In this document: positions 1-14,099 of the stretch, one piece after another | Position numbering within the stretch: the stretch's first letter is position 1 | Layout: the number at the start of each line of letters is the position of its first letter | Source: Octopus vulgaris | Taxonomy: Eukaryota | Assembly (NCBI GenBank): GCA_951406725.2 | Contig: OX597830.1 | Coordinates: 65,038,001-65,102,000, forward strand | Length of the DNA: 64,000 nt | Direction of reading: 5' to 3' | Made by a program: the position numbers and the translations under genes | The notes under the pieces: generated by a model | What the model was told of the DNA's origin: nothing | The model's database searches: none | What the model saw: only the letters and a program-made list of their open reading frames with translations

Positions 1-113
1 ATATATTTTGTAATATACAGTACGCATATAACAATAAACATTATATATATATAGTCATATATATATATATATGTATGTATGTATATATATTAATGTATAT
101 ATATATAGATATA

Positions 114-199
<86 letters not shown>

Positions 200-229
200 G
201 TAATTTTATATTTGCTATTGCGGGAGCAG

Positions 230-610
230 CTGCCTTCGAAGTCTCATAGTGTCGTTGAATACTCGAAATGAGGAGTAGATGGGCAGTCGGCAACGAATGA
301 AGGGTCGTCCTTTATGTTACATGTTCTGTTTTCCAATTGTTTCTCTCGTTGTTTTTGTACTCAACTCATTTGTTTTCGTATTTAATGTTGTTAAAGGTTT
401 GTGACGAATTTTTTCGTTGTTTGAAAAAAGTTCGTTTTCTATGTTTTTGTCCACGTTTCCCATTCTGTCCTGCACCCACATATGCATGTATATACACATA
501 TATATGTAGGTATATATATATATATGTATGTATATATGCATATATTTATATATTATTTATATTATTATATGGTCAAACGCCATGCATACTTTTCCAAGTA
601 AATTTTATCT
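230..610 (+). mobile_element. Short interspersed repeat (family P), degenerate copy; related copies at 993-1298, 55040-55295, 28800-28940 (tail) and 55880-56098 (-, tail)
   Basis: Shared blocks 'ccttcgaa...caactgatgaaggg' (here caacgaatgaaggg), a T-rich tract, and 'tgtcctg(t/c)accca..tatgcatgtatatacacata...attatttatattattatatg...ttccaagtaa' recur across these copies. Confidence 0.7.
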
Positions 611-992
611 TAATAATTATGATGCGCACTCTTATTCTATCCCTTCTCTCCCTATCTATCTCCTAGTCTTGTTCTTCCTTTCTATTTTTCTCTCTCACCC
701 TTTCCCTATTTTTCCCCTCTTCCCTTCACCGTTCCCTCTCTCTCACTCTTCCTCCTTGACTCTCTCGTTGATTACACGTGACTAACGAGGATTCTTTCTT
801 TCTTCCTCAAAGCTCGTTTTTCCAGCGTTCACCAATTCGCATCGTCTTGCCTTAACTGCGCTCACCGTTTGTTTTTACTGTTTTCTTCTCACTGTCCAGT
901 TTTTGTTACCACTTTCACCCTCCGCAAAATATCCCAAATTTTATTTAATTTGCTTTGCGGGAAGGACTGTTTTAACGAAGTCGCATCTAGTC

Positions 993-1295
993 CTTACCTT
1001 CGAACGCGGAGTAGATAAACAGGGTACAACTGATGAAGGGAATGTTCTTTATGCTGCAAGTCTCGTTTCTCTGTTTGTTTGTTTATTCTTTGTTCGAAAA
1101 AGTTCGTTTTCTATGTTTTTGTTTTTATGCTCTCGTTTCTCATTCTGTCCTCGTATTTTTATGTCCTGTACCCATATATGCATGTATATATACATATATA
1201 TGTAGGTATGTACATATATGTATGTATATATGCATATATTTACATATTATTTATATTATTATATGATCGAACGACACGTATCCTTTCCCAAGTAA

Positions 1296-1298
<3 letters not shown>
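993..1298 (+). mobile_element. Second copy of family P repeat, ending in (TA)n
   Basis: Colinear similarity with 230-610 and 55040-55295; contains caactgatgaaggg. Confidence 0.7.
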
Positions 1299-1373
<75 letters not shown>

Positions 1374-1391
1374 CATACATACATACATACA

Positions 1392-1423
<32 letters not shown>

Positions 1424-1470
1424 CAAATACATGTATATATATATATACACACACACATACATATATATAC

Positions 1471-1645
1471 TTCGTGCGTCGGCGCCACTGTGGGTATGTT
1501 GTAAAAAGCTTACTTCCCAAACACATGGTTCCAGGTTCAATCTTTAAGTGTGGAACCTTGGGCAATTATCTGATGGTACACCAGCATGCCGACCAATGTC
1601 TTGATAGTGGATTTCTGGAGAGGGAAACTTAAAGAAGCCCGACAT
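1471..1645 (+). mobile_element. Variant 5' half of SINE family A; the same variant head recurs at 2719-2792
   Basis: 'ttcgtgcgtcggcgccactgtgggtatgttgtaaa.agcttacttccc..catggttccaggttcaatct' occurs in both places; downstream 'ccttgggcaa...gtggattt...ggaaact.aaagaagccc' matches family A. Confidence 0.75.
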
Positions 1646-1769
1646 ATTATATATCTTTCTATCAAACTATACAACCCTCTGTGTATCCATCCATACAGTT
1701 ATCTAACTAGCTGTGTAACTACCTGCCTGCATACCTACCTACCTACCTACTTACATAACTATCTGTCTG

Positions 1770-1861
<92 letters not shown>

Positions 1862-2292
1862 CCTATCTATCTACACATATATATACTTACATACAGACAC
1901 GTACTTGAACCTCTGTATAAATCTCTGTGATACCGTAATCTATATTCTCGTTTATATAAATTTATATATAAATATGTATGTACATATGTGTATGCGTATC
2001 CATATATATACATGTGTGTGTGTATATGTGTGTGCGTATAAATATGTGTGTGTGTGTGTGTGTAAATGTATGTTTGTATGTATGTAAACTGTGTACATGT
2101 ATAAAAAGGTGCTATATATTATTTCGGTTAAGAAATAATGTCAATAAACAGTAAACATTATTGTATTTTGGTGATAATTGTTAATCAATAAATAATAATG
2201 TTTGAAGCAAAGCAAATAAATCCAGAATTTGAAGCAAGTTTATCTTTGCTTTGTTTACACAATCTATATATGTGTGTGTGGGAACGTGTATG

Positions 2293-2333
<41 letters not shown>

Positions 2334-2336
<3 letters not shown>

Positions 2337-2495
2337 TGCAGGAGTGACTGTGTGGTAAATAGTTTGTTTACCAGCCACGTTGTTCTGGGTTCAGTCCTGC
2401 TGCGTGACACCTTGAGCCAGTGTCTTCTACTATATCCTCGGGCCGACCAGAGACTTGTGAGTAGATTTGGTAGACGGAAACTGAACGACGCCCGT
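2334..2495 (+). mobile_element. SINE family A, 5' half
   Basis: tRNA-like head ggtgcaggagtgactgtgtggtaaat...gggttcagtcc through ggaaactgaacgacgcccg. Confidence 0.85.
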
Positions 2496-2653
2496 GCCCG
2501 AAATGGTAGTGACTTCTGGGACTTGACTGATGAAAGAAAGCCAAGAATGACTCGTCTTTTTTTGCCTGTCCTTCTAATTGTTGTTTCTATTGACCGCATT
2601 TATGTTGTCTATCTGTGCGAACGTTTTAATGCCCTCCATTGCGTTTTTGTTCC

Positions 2654-2688
<35 letters not shown>

Positions 2689-2804
2689 CGCACACACACA
2701 CACACGTATGCATATATAATTCGTGCGTCGGCGCCACTGTGGGTATGTTGTAAAGAGCTTACTTCCCAACCATATGGTTCCAGGTTCAATCTCATATATA
2801 TATG

Positions 2805-2993
2805 TGACCTCGTGTGTACCGTTGGCGATTTTTTTTCCTGTCTTCCCTTCTCGGGATCTTTCCTTCTCCTATGTTTCCGACGAAGAGCTCCGCTCGAAAC
2901 GTTAAACCCTCCTTCTTCCCTTCTTTCCTGAGCGTCCAATAATACTATATTTGTTCCACGTCCTCGCGTTGTTGTGTTTTCTTGTTTGGATTA

Positions 2994-2998
<5 letters not shown>
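2805..2998 (+). mobile_element. Short hammerhead-containing element (Penelope pLTR / retrozyme-like) between TA tracts; relative at 58850-58990
   Basis: Both copies share the ribozyme segment and the downstream 'ttcctga.cgtc..taatact.ta...gtcctcgcgttgttgt' tail. Confidence 0.7.
2873..2907 (+). ncRNA. Minimal type I hammerhead ribozyme motif (core variant CCGACGA)
   Basis: gttt-CCGACGA-a-gagc-tcc-gctc-GAAAC-GTT-aaac: stem I gttt/aaac, stem II gagc/gctc, palindromic AACGTT at stem III. Confidence 0.65.
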
Positions 2999-3044
<46 letters not shown>

Positions 3045-3095
3045 GTATATATGTATATATACATGTATATATGTATATCCTCACATATACATATA

Positions 3096-3140
<45 letters not shown>

Positions 3141-3780
3141 AGTATTAAAATGGATATATATGTGTTAGTGTGTCTATGTTTGTGTGTGTGTTTAAACAAT
3201 AAACACCAGGCAAACGCAAACCCGCGCTAACTTTGTCTTCGTGCCAAGAAAATACAAATGTTTACAAATGCTATGATGCTATATTTAATCTACGATATTC
3301 ATGTTGAACTACATGACGTACTTTTAAACATATCGTCCTGACGATATAACACACTAAGTAGCATATGATGATACGTGATAATATGCATTGGGATACAAGG
3401 ATAATTAATAATATCTAGTGTTATACGGTGTCCATTCGTTGTTAATATATTTCATTTGTATCCTATGATTTAATTAAATAGCAAATACACAATAATCATG
3501 TTAAGTGTGGTTGAGGAAAGAGTTATGTCCTATGATATTTATTATAGAAAAGTGCTAATTGAGCTGTAAATGAAGTCTGTGTGATGTAGCCATAGATATG
3601 GGACCGGGTTATGTTGTGTGGTTAAAACGTTTACCCTACAGCCACAAGTTTTCAGGTTCGAACCCAATGCACGACGATTTAGGAATGTATCTTCTGACAA
3701 AGCACTGGGTTAATCATAAGATTTGTGGGTTGATAATGGGTAATGAAGGGTGCACGGGAGCTCATAGCGGTTCTATATCA

Positions 3781-3812
<32 letters not shown>

Positions 3813-3901
3813 GTACACGTGCATGCACGCACATGCACGTACACACACATAAATATACATATTTGTGTATATATGTTTCTATATTCATACATATATATAT
3901 A

Positions 3902-3948
<47 letters not shown>

Positions 3949-4413
3949 TCAATAAATGGTGGGATTGTGTTATATATATATATATAGGTGTAAAAATTTG
4001 AATGTAGACTCGTCCTTTAATCTGGTGGTTTCCAAATAAGATTTCTAATGTTGATTCTTCATATTTTGCTTTTAGTTTACAGGAGTAAATTTACGAAGAT
4101 ATGAAAGTAATACCTGTATACGATGTGGGGAGAATTTATGGAAAGAAATCCCATAAAAATCATCAATTTAGTTAAAAATGGAGAAGACAAATTCTTAAAA
4201 TATATAAGAGAATTTTAATTTTTCAGACGATCGTTTCGTACAGAGATAAAAAAAATAATGCAAATTCATGACTGAATTGAATTAGATTACATTAATTTAA
4301 TCAATTTAATTATATATATCAATGTACTTCAATGCAAGAAGTATAAACAAAAATAGAATGAACTTGAGGATGTATGTAGCAGAAGAATAGAATCTAGGAG
4401 ATTCATACGCATA

Positions 4414-4455
<42 letters not shown>

Positions 4456-4481
4456 AGAGAGAGAGAGAGAGAGAGGGAGGG

Positions 4482-4549
<68 letters not shown>

Positions 4550-5307
4550 TATATATATATAAACATATGCGTGTGCGTGTTAAAAGAACTTTACTAGAAT
4601 GAAGAATAACACAACTTTAATACAGAATTACACCATACAAAATGCCAACTTTCTCTATTATGTAAGCATCTTCGGATAATTCAATAGAACAATATAGAAA
4701 TCGGTCCATACTGAATCGATTATGATATCAGATATATCCAAAACTATATGCCAACGTATTTTTTTATAGGCAACCAGCTGACGTGAAGAACCAACAACAT
4801 CTGAAATTCTCGCATCAATATTGGGAACTTAATAAATACAAGGAAAGAGAAAGTAGAAAGTAGAAACTTACAAAGCTGGGATGAAACGATACGTTAAGAA
4901 CAGTCAGTTTGGTATTTAAAGTTTAGTGGACAATGAAGAAACAAATTCATAGAAGCAGAAGCGTGAATAAATAAAGGTAGTTAGCTTAATTCGTAAGTCA
5001 TTACAAGTAAAATTAAAAGATCACTGATGCCAGATAAAGTACTATAATTCTATGTATATAAATTAGGCGTAAAATGATACGACTATTTAGGAAAATAAAT
5101 TAGGTATATTCTACAGGAAGTAGCATGACATGTTGTTAATAAAAAATAGATAATCGTGAATTTAAAAATCAATATTGAGAGTCTAAGATCTAAGATCTAG
5201 GTCTGATGGAGTGAAAGAAAAGGTGAAGGACGATACAGTGAAACGAGAAAGGGACAAATCGAAGACGGACAAGTAAAAACAATACTATTTCAGTATTGAA
5301 ATGTACT

Positions 5308-5872
5308 TTTTTTCTCTAGACACAAGGCCCGAAATTTTGGGGGAGGGGGCCAGTCGATTAGATTGACGCCAGTACGCAACTGGTACTTAATTTATCGACC
5401 CCGAGAGGATGAAAGGCAAAGTCGACTTCGGCGGAATTTTGAACTCAGAACGTAACAACAGACGAAATACCCATTTCTTTACTGCCCACAAGGTGCTAAA
5501 CATAAAGTGGACAAACAAGGACAGACAAACAGATTATATCGACCCCAGTACGCAACTGGTACTTAACTTATTGACCCCGAAAGGATGAAAAGCAAAGTCG
5601 ACTTCGGCGGAATTTGAACTCAGAACGTAACAACAGACGAAATACCCATTTCTTTACTGCCCACAAGGGGTTAAACATAGAGTGGACAAACAAGGACAGA
5701 CAAACAGATTATATCGACCCCAGTACGCAACTGGTACTTAATTTATCGACCCCGAAAGGATGAAAGGCAAAGTCGACCTCGGCGGAATTTGAACTCAGAA
5801 CGTAGCGGCAGACCAAATACCGCTAAGTATTTTGCCCGGCGTGCTAACGTTTCTGCCAGCTCGCCGCCTTTC
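5308..5872 (-). mobile_element. SINE family B, head plus three tandem internal units (~175 bp period) and terminal tail
   Basis: Head aaggcggcgagctggcagaaacgttagc (rc at ~5845-5872); 'gacgaaatac' or variant at 5461, 5636, 5811. Confidence 0.9.
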
Positions 5873-5996
5873 TGTAGTGAAATATAAAGATCATTATGAT
5901 AAAAAATATCTATGTGGGTCGGTAATGAGAAATGCGAGAAACTGGGATTACAGAGGTACTTATTTACCTAAAGGTAAATTAGTATAAAACATAGTG

Positions 5997-6225
5997 TTAT
6001 TTACTCTGGAAGTATTGGATGTTTTTTCTGTACCTATGGGAGAAAGTTATCATTAAATTAGTTCCTGATGTTAATGAATGAAATGTTGATCGAAGTGTAA
6101 TAAACATTTTCCCCTGAGAAATTTCACATTTAAAATAACCAGTGTTGCACGGTAGAGCAGTACTTACAATCATAGGATAATTAATGTTCTTGTCCTTTAA
6201 ATCCCAATGCATTTATTTAGATGAA
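5997..6225 (-). pseudogene. Degraded C-terminal fragment of a Penelope-like (Naiad-type) GIY-YIG endonuclease
   Basis: Reads LNKCI/(frameshift)WDLKDKNINY..IVSTALPCNTGYFKCEIS..., paralleling LSKLIWDLKGHNEQF...SIPYDKGKEFCLLC in the ORF at 31257-31955. Confidence 0.6.
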
Positions 6226-6251
6226 TACAATTTACATACATGCACATATAA

Positions 6252-6282
<31 letters not shown>

Positions 6283-6569
6283 TGTATGTATGTATGTATG
6301 TATAATTTCAAAACGGAGCAAATAATTCACGAAAAAATAATTTGCGAAGATAACATTAACTCTGTTATCTAGTGTACCAATTTAAAAATGATTAATTTGA
6401 TTAATTTTAATCCTTCAGCTATATACATGCATCCATACATACATACATACATACATACATGCATACATACATACATACACATATATATGTACGAATGCAT
6501 ATACATATATATATGTATAAATGTGTGTTTATATATGTATATATATGAATTATATATGTATATATATGA

Positions 6570-6605
<36 letters not shown>

Positions 6606-6704
6606 AGAGAGAGAGAGAAAGAATTCCCCAAAAGCAAAAGACGAACACAGGTGGTGTAGACAACAAACAGATGTATTAGTTTAACGCTCGGGAAGTGAAA
6701 ATGT

Positions 6705-6740
6705 CTTTAACGTTTCGAGCCTACGCTCTTTCACAGAAAG
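6705..6740 (-). ncRNA. Minimal hammerhead-like motif (altered core) in a short repeat 6620-6810; relative at 19540-19650
   Basis: rc: cttt-CTGTGAA-a-gagc-gtag-gctc-GAAAC-GTT-aaag; stem I cttt/aaag is a compensatory version of gttt/aaac. Confidence 0.55.
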
Positions 6741-6939
6741 GAACACAGAGAAAGAAATAAGGAGAGAAAATAAAGAATGTATACTGGCTAGCGATCTATC
6801 ATGGCGAATACATATACATACATATGCGTGTGCGTGTGTTTTATATACATATATATGCTATATAGTCATAAGCAATACATAATGCGCGACTGAATGCAAT
6901 TCAATTAATGTGTGCATGATAAAAAAGAAATACCGTATG

Positions 6940-7095
<156 letters not shown>

Positions 7096-7387
7096 CACAC
7101 AAACAATCACATATTTCGACACACACATTACGACACTCAAACACGCACATATATGTATATATAATTTAATAAAAGCTGCAACCTTACAAAATCGTCGATT
7201 AATTTCACCTGCAGGTTCATCACTTCGTTCGTCGTGATTTAATATACAACATACAGCAACATACATATATAATTAGGAATCCACAGAGCTACTTGAAAAC
7301 ATCTATTATTTGATTGGTCGTTGAGAAATAGCCTTTATATGGAACAAACAGTGTTGTGAATTGGTCGTTTTTTGAGTCACTTCTTTA

Positions 7388-7622
7388 ACCTATTTCTTTA
7401 TTACCCGCAAGGGGCTAAACACAGAGGGGACAAACAAGGACAGACATAGGTATTAAGTCGATTATATCGACCCCAGTGCTTAACTGGTACTTAATTTATC
7501 GACTCCGAAAGGATGAAAGGCAAAGTCGACCTCGGCGGAATTTGAACTCACAACGTAACGCAGACGAAATACGCTAAGCATTTCGCCCGGCGTGCTAACG
7601 TTTCTGCCAGCTCGCCGCCTTT
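7388..7622 (-). mobile_element. SINE family B, full monomer
   Basis: Head, central 'gaggtcgactttgcctttcatcctttcgg.gtcgataaattaagtaccag' (resembles the MetaSINE domain) and tail ending aaagaaatagg. Confidence 0.9.
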
Positions 7623-8694
7623 AACCGTCTTCGTTATTGCCTCACTTCCTTTTACTTTTTTTAATTTCTGTCTGTTTCTTTATAATATTGCTTTTTCTTT
7701 TACTACTTCTGTCTCCCACGATTTCAGTAAACTGTACCGCTTCTTTCAAACTCTAGTCACAAGTTTTCTAATGAAGTATTTATTCATATTTGGTCCTCTG
7801 TGTTCCTGATTTTTACGTATGTCACTGTTGCGTGTATGTTGAAACAACGACAAATCGAATTGGCTGATGAAACTTGGAGTTGTTCCTTCTATTATATGTA
7901 TGTGTATGTATGTATATATGTACGTATATGTATATGCGTGTATGTGTGTATATGTGTATGTATATATATATATATATATGATATATGATATATATATACA
8001 TACATAGGCGCAGGCATGGCTGTGTGCATAGGGGCATATATATATATATATATATATATACTATATATGATATATCAAAGGACAGTACCTATGCTAACGA
8101 AGTAAACTCAAAGTAAACTCAAGTAAATGTATCCAAAACATTACCGTGGGGTGCTTAAGAAAGTTTACTCTCAGAAATATTACCGAGAATCCCACCTATT
8201 GGCCATAATGGGGCGAGTCTAAGTCCAACGGTTTCTACAATTGGTCAGATACAATTTGAACCGAGGTCACAAGTAAAAACCGCTACAATGGAAATGTCAA
8301 TAAAAATAAAGAAGAAACGATAAAGGGTCCAGCGGGGTTGGATACAATGATATGAGTGGTGCCGGGCCGCTTATGAGGCAACTGCCAAAAAGGCAAGTAG
8401 CCGCGGGTGATAGTTAAGGGGGAAGGGCAACTAGTGCAGGTAATTCGGTGATTCCTTCAGGCTATTAGGGAATGGATTTGGACTTAGCCTCATGTAGTGA
8501 ATTGTGGTAACAATAAGATACATACAGGTACGCAAGGAAAAGAGCATCTTATTGGTACACCACAATACACAAATAAAACGCTACTTACAATTAGGCGGTT
8601 AATATTTAAGACCAAGTCACACGTTAAATTTCTCGCAAATGATTCTGTGAAAAATATCGGATAAATCTCCCTCATATCAAAAACTAAAGGGTAA

Positions 8695-9031
8695 AGACCC
8701 CCTTCGGTCATGAATGACCATGGGATTGCACCTAGAAAGTTACCTTCCTAGACACAAGTCCGGGCAAGGTTGTTTTTATGGAAGACCAGCAGTCGCCCAT
8801 GCATACCAGCCTCCCCTCTCCACGCCCCCTGTGTTATCCAAGGGAAAGACAAAGGTCGATACAGCTTGGCACCAGTGACGTCGCAACTCATTTCTACAGC
8901 TGAGTGAACTGGAGCAACGTGAAATAAAGTGCCTTGCTCAAGAACACAACACGCAGCCCGGTCCGGGATTCGAGCTCACAACCTCACGATCGTAAGCTCG
9001 ACACTCTAACCACTGAGCCATACGCCTTCAC
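8695..9031 (-). mobile_element. SINE family C (tRNA head + CORE/V-like domain + tail), full length with probable TSD
   Basis: rc head gtgaaggcgtatggctcagtggttagag (A box)...gagctcgaatccc (B box), then ttgagcaaggcactttatttcac; flanks tatcaaaaactaaag (8675-8689) and tatcaaacactacag (9032-9046). Confidence 0.9.
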
Positions 9032-9084
9032 TATCAAACACTACAGCCTTTAAAAACAGGTAGAAAATTGTTAACGCTTTCAAA

Positions 9085-9293
9085 TTTCGACACCATGCCA
9101 GCATATTTAGGGGTTGAATGAGTCGATGACTCAAGAACTTATACTTAACTGGCACTTATTTTATCGACCCCCGAAAGGATTAAAAGTAAAGTCAACATCG
9201 GCGGAATCTCAACTCAAAATGTTAAGCCGAATGAAATGTTCGGAAGCAAGTTGTCCGGTTTGCTAACGTTTCTACCAGCTCGACGCCCGCCTT
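9085..9293 (-). mobile_element. SINE family B, diverged copy
   Basis: atcgacccccgaaaggattaaaagtaaagtcaac...ttctaccagctcgacgcccgcctt. Confidence 0.8.
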
Positions 9294-9376
9294 AACAACG
9301 ATGAAAATAATTACAGTAACTACATTTCTTGCAGAGCGTCTCTATTATGAGCAACAGTAACAACAACAACTGTAAA

Positions 9377-9765
9377 AGCAAGAGTGGCTGTGTGGTAAGT
9401 AGCTTGCTTACCAGCCACATGGTTCCAGGTTCATTTCCACTGCGTGGCACCTTGGGCCACTGTCTTCTTCTATAACCTCGGGCCGACCAAAGCCCTGTGA
9501 GTGGATTTCGTAGACGGAAACTGAAAGAAGCCCGTCGTATATATGTATATATATATATGTATGTGCGTGTATGTGTTTGTGTGTCTGTGTTTGTCCCCCC
9601 AACATCGCTTGACAACCGATGTTGGTGTGCTTACGTCCCCGTAACCTAGCGGTTCGGCAAAAGAAGCCGATATAATAAGTACTAGGTTTACAAACAAGTC
9701 CCAGAGTCGATTTGCTCCAGTAAAGGCCGTGCTCCCACATGGCCGCAGTCAAATGACTGAAACTA

Positions 9766-9768
<3 letters not shown>
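9377..9768 (+). mobile_element. SINE family A, full length; an older copy follows at 9879-10270
   Basis: Head, internal TA/TG microsatellite, 3' half ending ...catggccgcagtcaaatgactgaaac. Confidence 0.9.
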
Positions 9769-9806
<38 letters not shown>

Positions 9807-10684
9807 AGTAAATTGTACAACAACAACGAGGGTGACAATGACCAACGTAACAACAACAGTAACAATAACAACAACAGCAGACATGGCTGCGTGGTAAGAA
9901 GTTTGCTTCACAACCACATGGTTCCGGGTTCAGTCCCATTGCATGACACCTTGGGCAAGTGTCTTCTTCTGCTGCTTCGGGCCGACCAAAGCCTTGTGAG
10001 TAGATATGGTAGGTGGAAACCGAAGGAAGCCCATCGCGTATATAGATATATATACGATGGGCTATACGTGTGTGTGTATGTCTGTGTGTCTATATTTGTT
10101 ACGCATCACGACGTTGGTGCGTTTACATCCCCGTAACATAGCCCTTCTTCGAATAAGCACTAGGGCTCAAACAATAAGAAAAAGCACTGTGGTCGATTTA
10201 TTTGAGCAAAAGTTCTTCAAGGCGTTGCCCCAGCATGGCCGCAGTCTAATGACTGAAAGGCGTAAAAGACAAAAGTTTAATCGGTAAAAGATTGCAGCAT
10301 TAACAGCAATAAGGAAAATAACTGGAGCAACAACATGTACAAGAACGATGAGAGAGAGCAGAGCAAAAAAAAGAGGGTCACAAAAAAACCCACAAAAAAC
10401 AACAACATCAACAAACGGTAACAGTAAGCAGTGCTATAACAACAACAACAACAGCAGCAACAACAAAACCAATAACAACAACAGTGGCACTAACGAATGC
10501 AGTAATAAAAATAACAATAACGGTGATAAAAAGAGAAGAGTAGCACTCAATTCGGTGCAGTAAGAGCGAATTTTTAGAATCACGGCTGTAATAGGAATAT
10601 CAAAGCTGAATGGAAAATAATAGGGATGCGACGTTGGTGTGGAAGAAGATAAAGAAAACAAGTGTGTAGCCATTGATGTAGCCT

Positions 10685-10975
<291 letters not shown>

Positions 10976-11560
10976 ATGAAAATGATAACAACGGCAGTAG
11001 CAATTGGATCGAAATAGCAGCAACACCATAGCTCCTCCAGCAACAGCACCGGCCTGAAAACTACCGTGGCCACCACCACCGTCGTCGCCACCACCACCGC
11101 CACCGCCGTCGCCACCACCACCACCACCACCACCACCACCAGCAGCATCACTAGCATTGCCAGTATCGACAGCATTACCAACAGTAACGATAGCAACAAC
11201 AAAACTAACAAGTTTCTAATTTCTCCAAAGTAGTACAATAAAGTCAACGAGTAAGAACGACATCGCCATCACTAGCAACAACAACAATAACAAGAAGAAG
11301 AAGAAGAAGAAGAAGAAACAACAGTAACCGCAGCAACAGCAAGACCACCACCACCAACAACAACAACATCAACATCAACAGGAACACCGACACCGCCCTC
11401 TTTAAAAACAACAATAACAACAACGTCAATAACAAGAAGGTTTCAAGATGTCTAAATATAACAATAACATTAACAAGAACCAGAAGATCCCATCCACTGC
11501 CAACACCCCCCCCAAAAAAAAACCCCACCACCGACAGCAACAGCAACAACAAAAGCAAGA

Positions 11561-11594
<34 letters not shown>

Positions 11595-11888
11595 TTTTAT
11601 CGTCAACAGACTGTATAACATGCCGGGCCCATTGAGACTTGCGTCCGGATGAAAGAATTCTTAGAATTCAAAGAAAGGAAGTTGATTCTTTAGAAATTAG
11701 CTATTCATTAAATTCTACAATTTTAGACTTCATTAGAGCATATATCGTGGAAATCAAACCGCTTATTATTATAATTATTATTATCATTAACGTCATCACC
11801 ATCATCATCATCATCGTCATCATCGTTCCTATGCTTTGCAACGCACAACGCTATTATTTTTATTAATACAGTATTTCTTAGCATTCTA

Positions 11889-11975
<87 letters not shown>

Positions 11976-12310
11976 CATTATTATTATTGTTATTGTTATT
12001 ATTATTATTATTGTTATTGTTATTGATACGCTGTCTTCTTTTATATTTAGTTAGCATCCCTACCCGTCGTAATAATTACCACCACCGCCACCATCCCAGC
12101 TCCATCCTCACCACCGCCACCACCACTATCGTCATCACCATCATCATCATGATCAACGTTGCCGACAACACTGCCACTACCAGCATCCCCTCTTCACAGT
12201 TTTTGTAATTAACAATCGATGTTCTTCATATATATATATATGTGTGTGTGTGTTTGTGCGTGCGTGTGGTGCGTATATGTATGTATGTGTGTGTATATAT
12301 ATGTGCGTGC

Positions 12311-12361
<51 letters not shown>

Positions 12362-12378
12362 TAGATGTGTATATATGC

Positions 12379-12443
<65 letters not shown>

Positions 12444-12828
12444 TATACAATCGCATAGAATGGGAAACCGTAGAACAGAATACAATTATATAACCAGCGA
12501 TGCTTGCTGCAGAAATAGCGGTCATTTTAATTGCACAGATTTTCCTTCTAAAACATATAAACATAGGAAAATTGAATGACAAAGAGAAAGAGGGAGAGGG
12601 AGAGAGAGGGACAAAGGGAAAGAGAGAGTGCAACAGACAGACAGATACACCAGGTTGTATCTACTTTGCATCTATTTTATTGTGAGACATTACATAACAG
12701 TGTACGGGTGTGCTTTCTGCATCAGCCAAGCTATCGTTTCTCTCAGAGACATATTGAATGTGATGACAAATTGTGGTGTATTTCTTGAATGTAAAGTGGC
12801 CCAGTATTATACGAACGCATCTCGCCTA

Positions 12829-13491
12829 TAAACTGTGACGAATCTCGTATATCACACATCATTTCTATGTATGTATGTATGTATGTATGTATGTATGTAT
12901 GTATGTATGTATGTATGTATGTATGTACGTATGTATGTATGTATGTATGTATGTACGTATGATACATGTATGTATGTGTGTATGTATACATATATATGTA
13001 TGTTTTTGTGTATATATATGTGTGTATATATATATATAAGTATATATAGGTATATATGTGTATATATATATATATATATACATATAAATACATACAGGTA
13101 TATATGTGTATATATATATGTGTGTGTGTATATATATATGTGTGTGTGTATATATATATAAATATATAAATACATACATACATACGTACATACATACATA
13201 TATATATTTATATATATATATATATGTGTGTATGTATGTATGTATGTATATATATATATATATACACACACATATATATATACACATATATACCTGTATG
13301 TATTTATATGTATATATATATATATATATACACATATATACCTATATATACTTATAGATATATATACAGACATATATATACACAAAAACATACATATATA
13401 TGTATACATACACACATACATACATGTATCATACGTACATACATACATACATACATACGTACATACATACATACATACATACATACATACA

Positions 13492-13525
<34 letters not shown>

Positions 13526-13570
13526 CATACATAGAAATGATGTGTGATATACGAGATTCGTCACAGTTTA
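12829..13570. repeat. ~740 bp foldback (long inverted repeat) built mostly of microsatellite, with unique 40-bp ends
   Basis: taaactgtgacgaatctcgtatatcacacatcatttctat (12829-12868) is the exact reverse complement of 13531-13570; internal variants also mirror (13081-13100 vs 13291-13310). Confidence 0.95.
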
Positions 13571-13686
13571 TATATATATATATATGTGCACCATCGGTGT
13601 TAACACGTATCCGAATAGATCTGTAGGTATTGATTGTGCCCCTTCATCTTGATTGGTGCCAGGAATGGTGTGGCTCGCTGTTCAAG

Positions 13687-13735
<49 letters not shown>

Positions 13736-14099
13736 ATATTCTTTGTTGCATAAAACTCCAAATGGCCTATAAAATGCAATAGGGGTATATGTATATGTTA
13801 TATAATAAGGCTGTATCCATGATTTATGATCGAGAATTCCTGGATCAAAGAAGAGCTCTATCCTGAACAAGCAATGAAATATTTTGACGAGTTTCAGATT
13901 CCGTAATTTAGCCTTGAATATGCGCATTCATCATCAAAAATATTGTCACCCGTTCATATCCAAAGGTTTAAAATGTAGTCCATGGATGGTGCATCATTTT
14001 GTTGTGTGCAGTTAATACTTAATCAGAACATCTCTCTATCTTTTGATGAAGATCCACGCCGAAGGCTCTTTCCCTACGTGCCCGTTCATATCTTCACAT

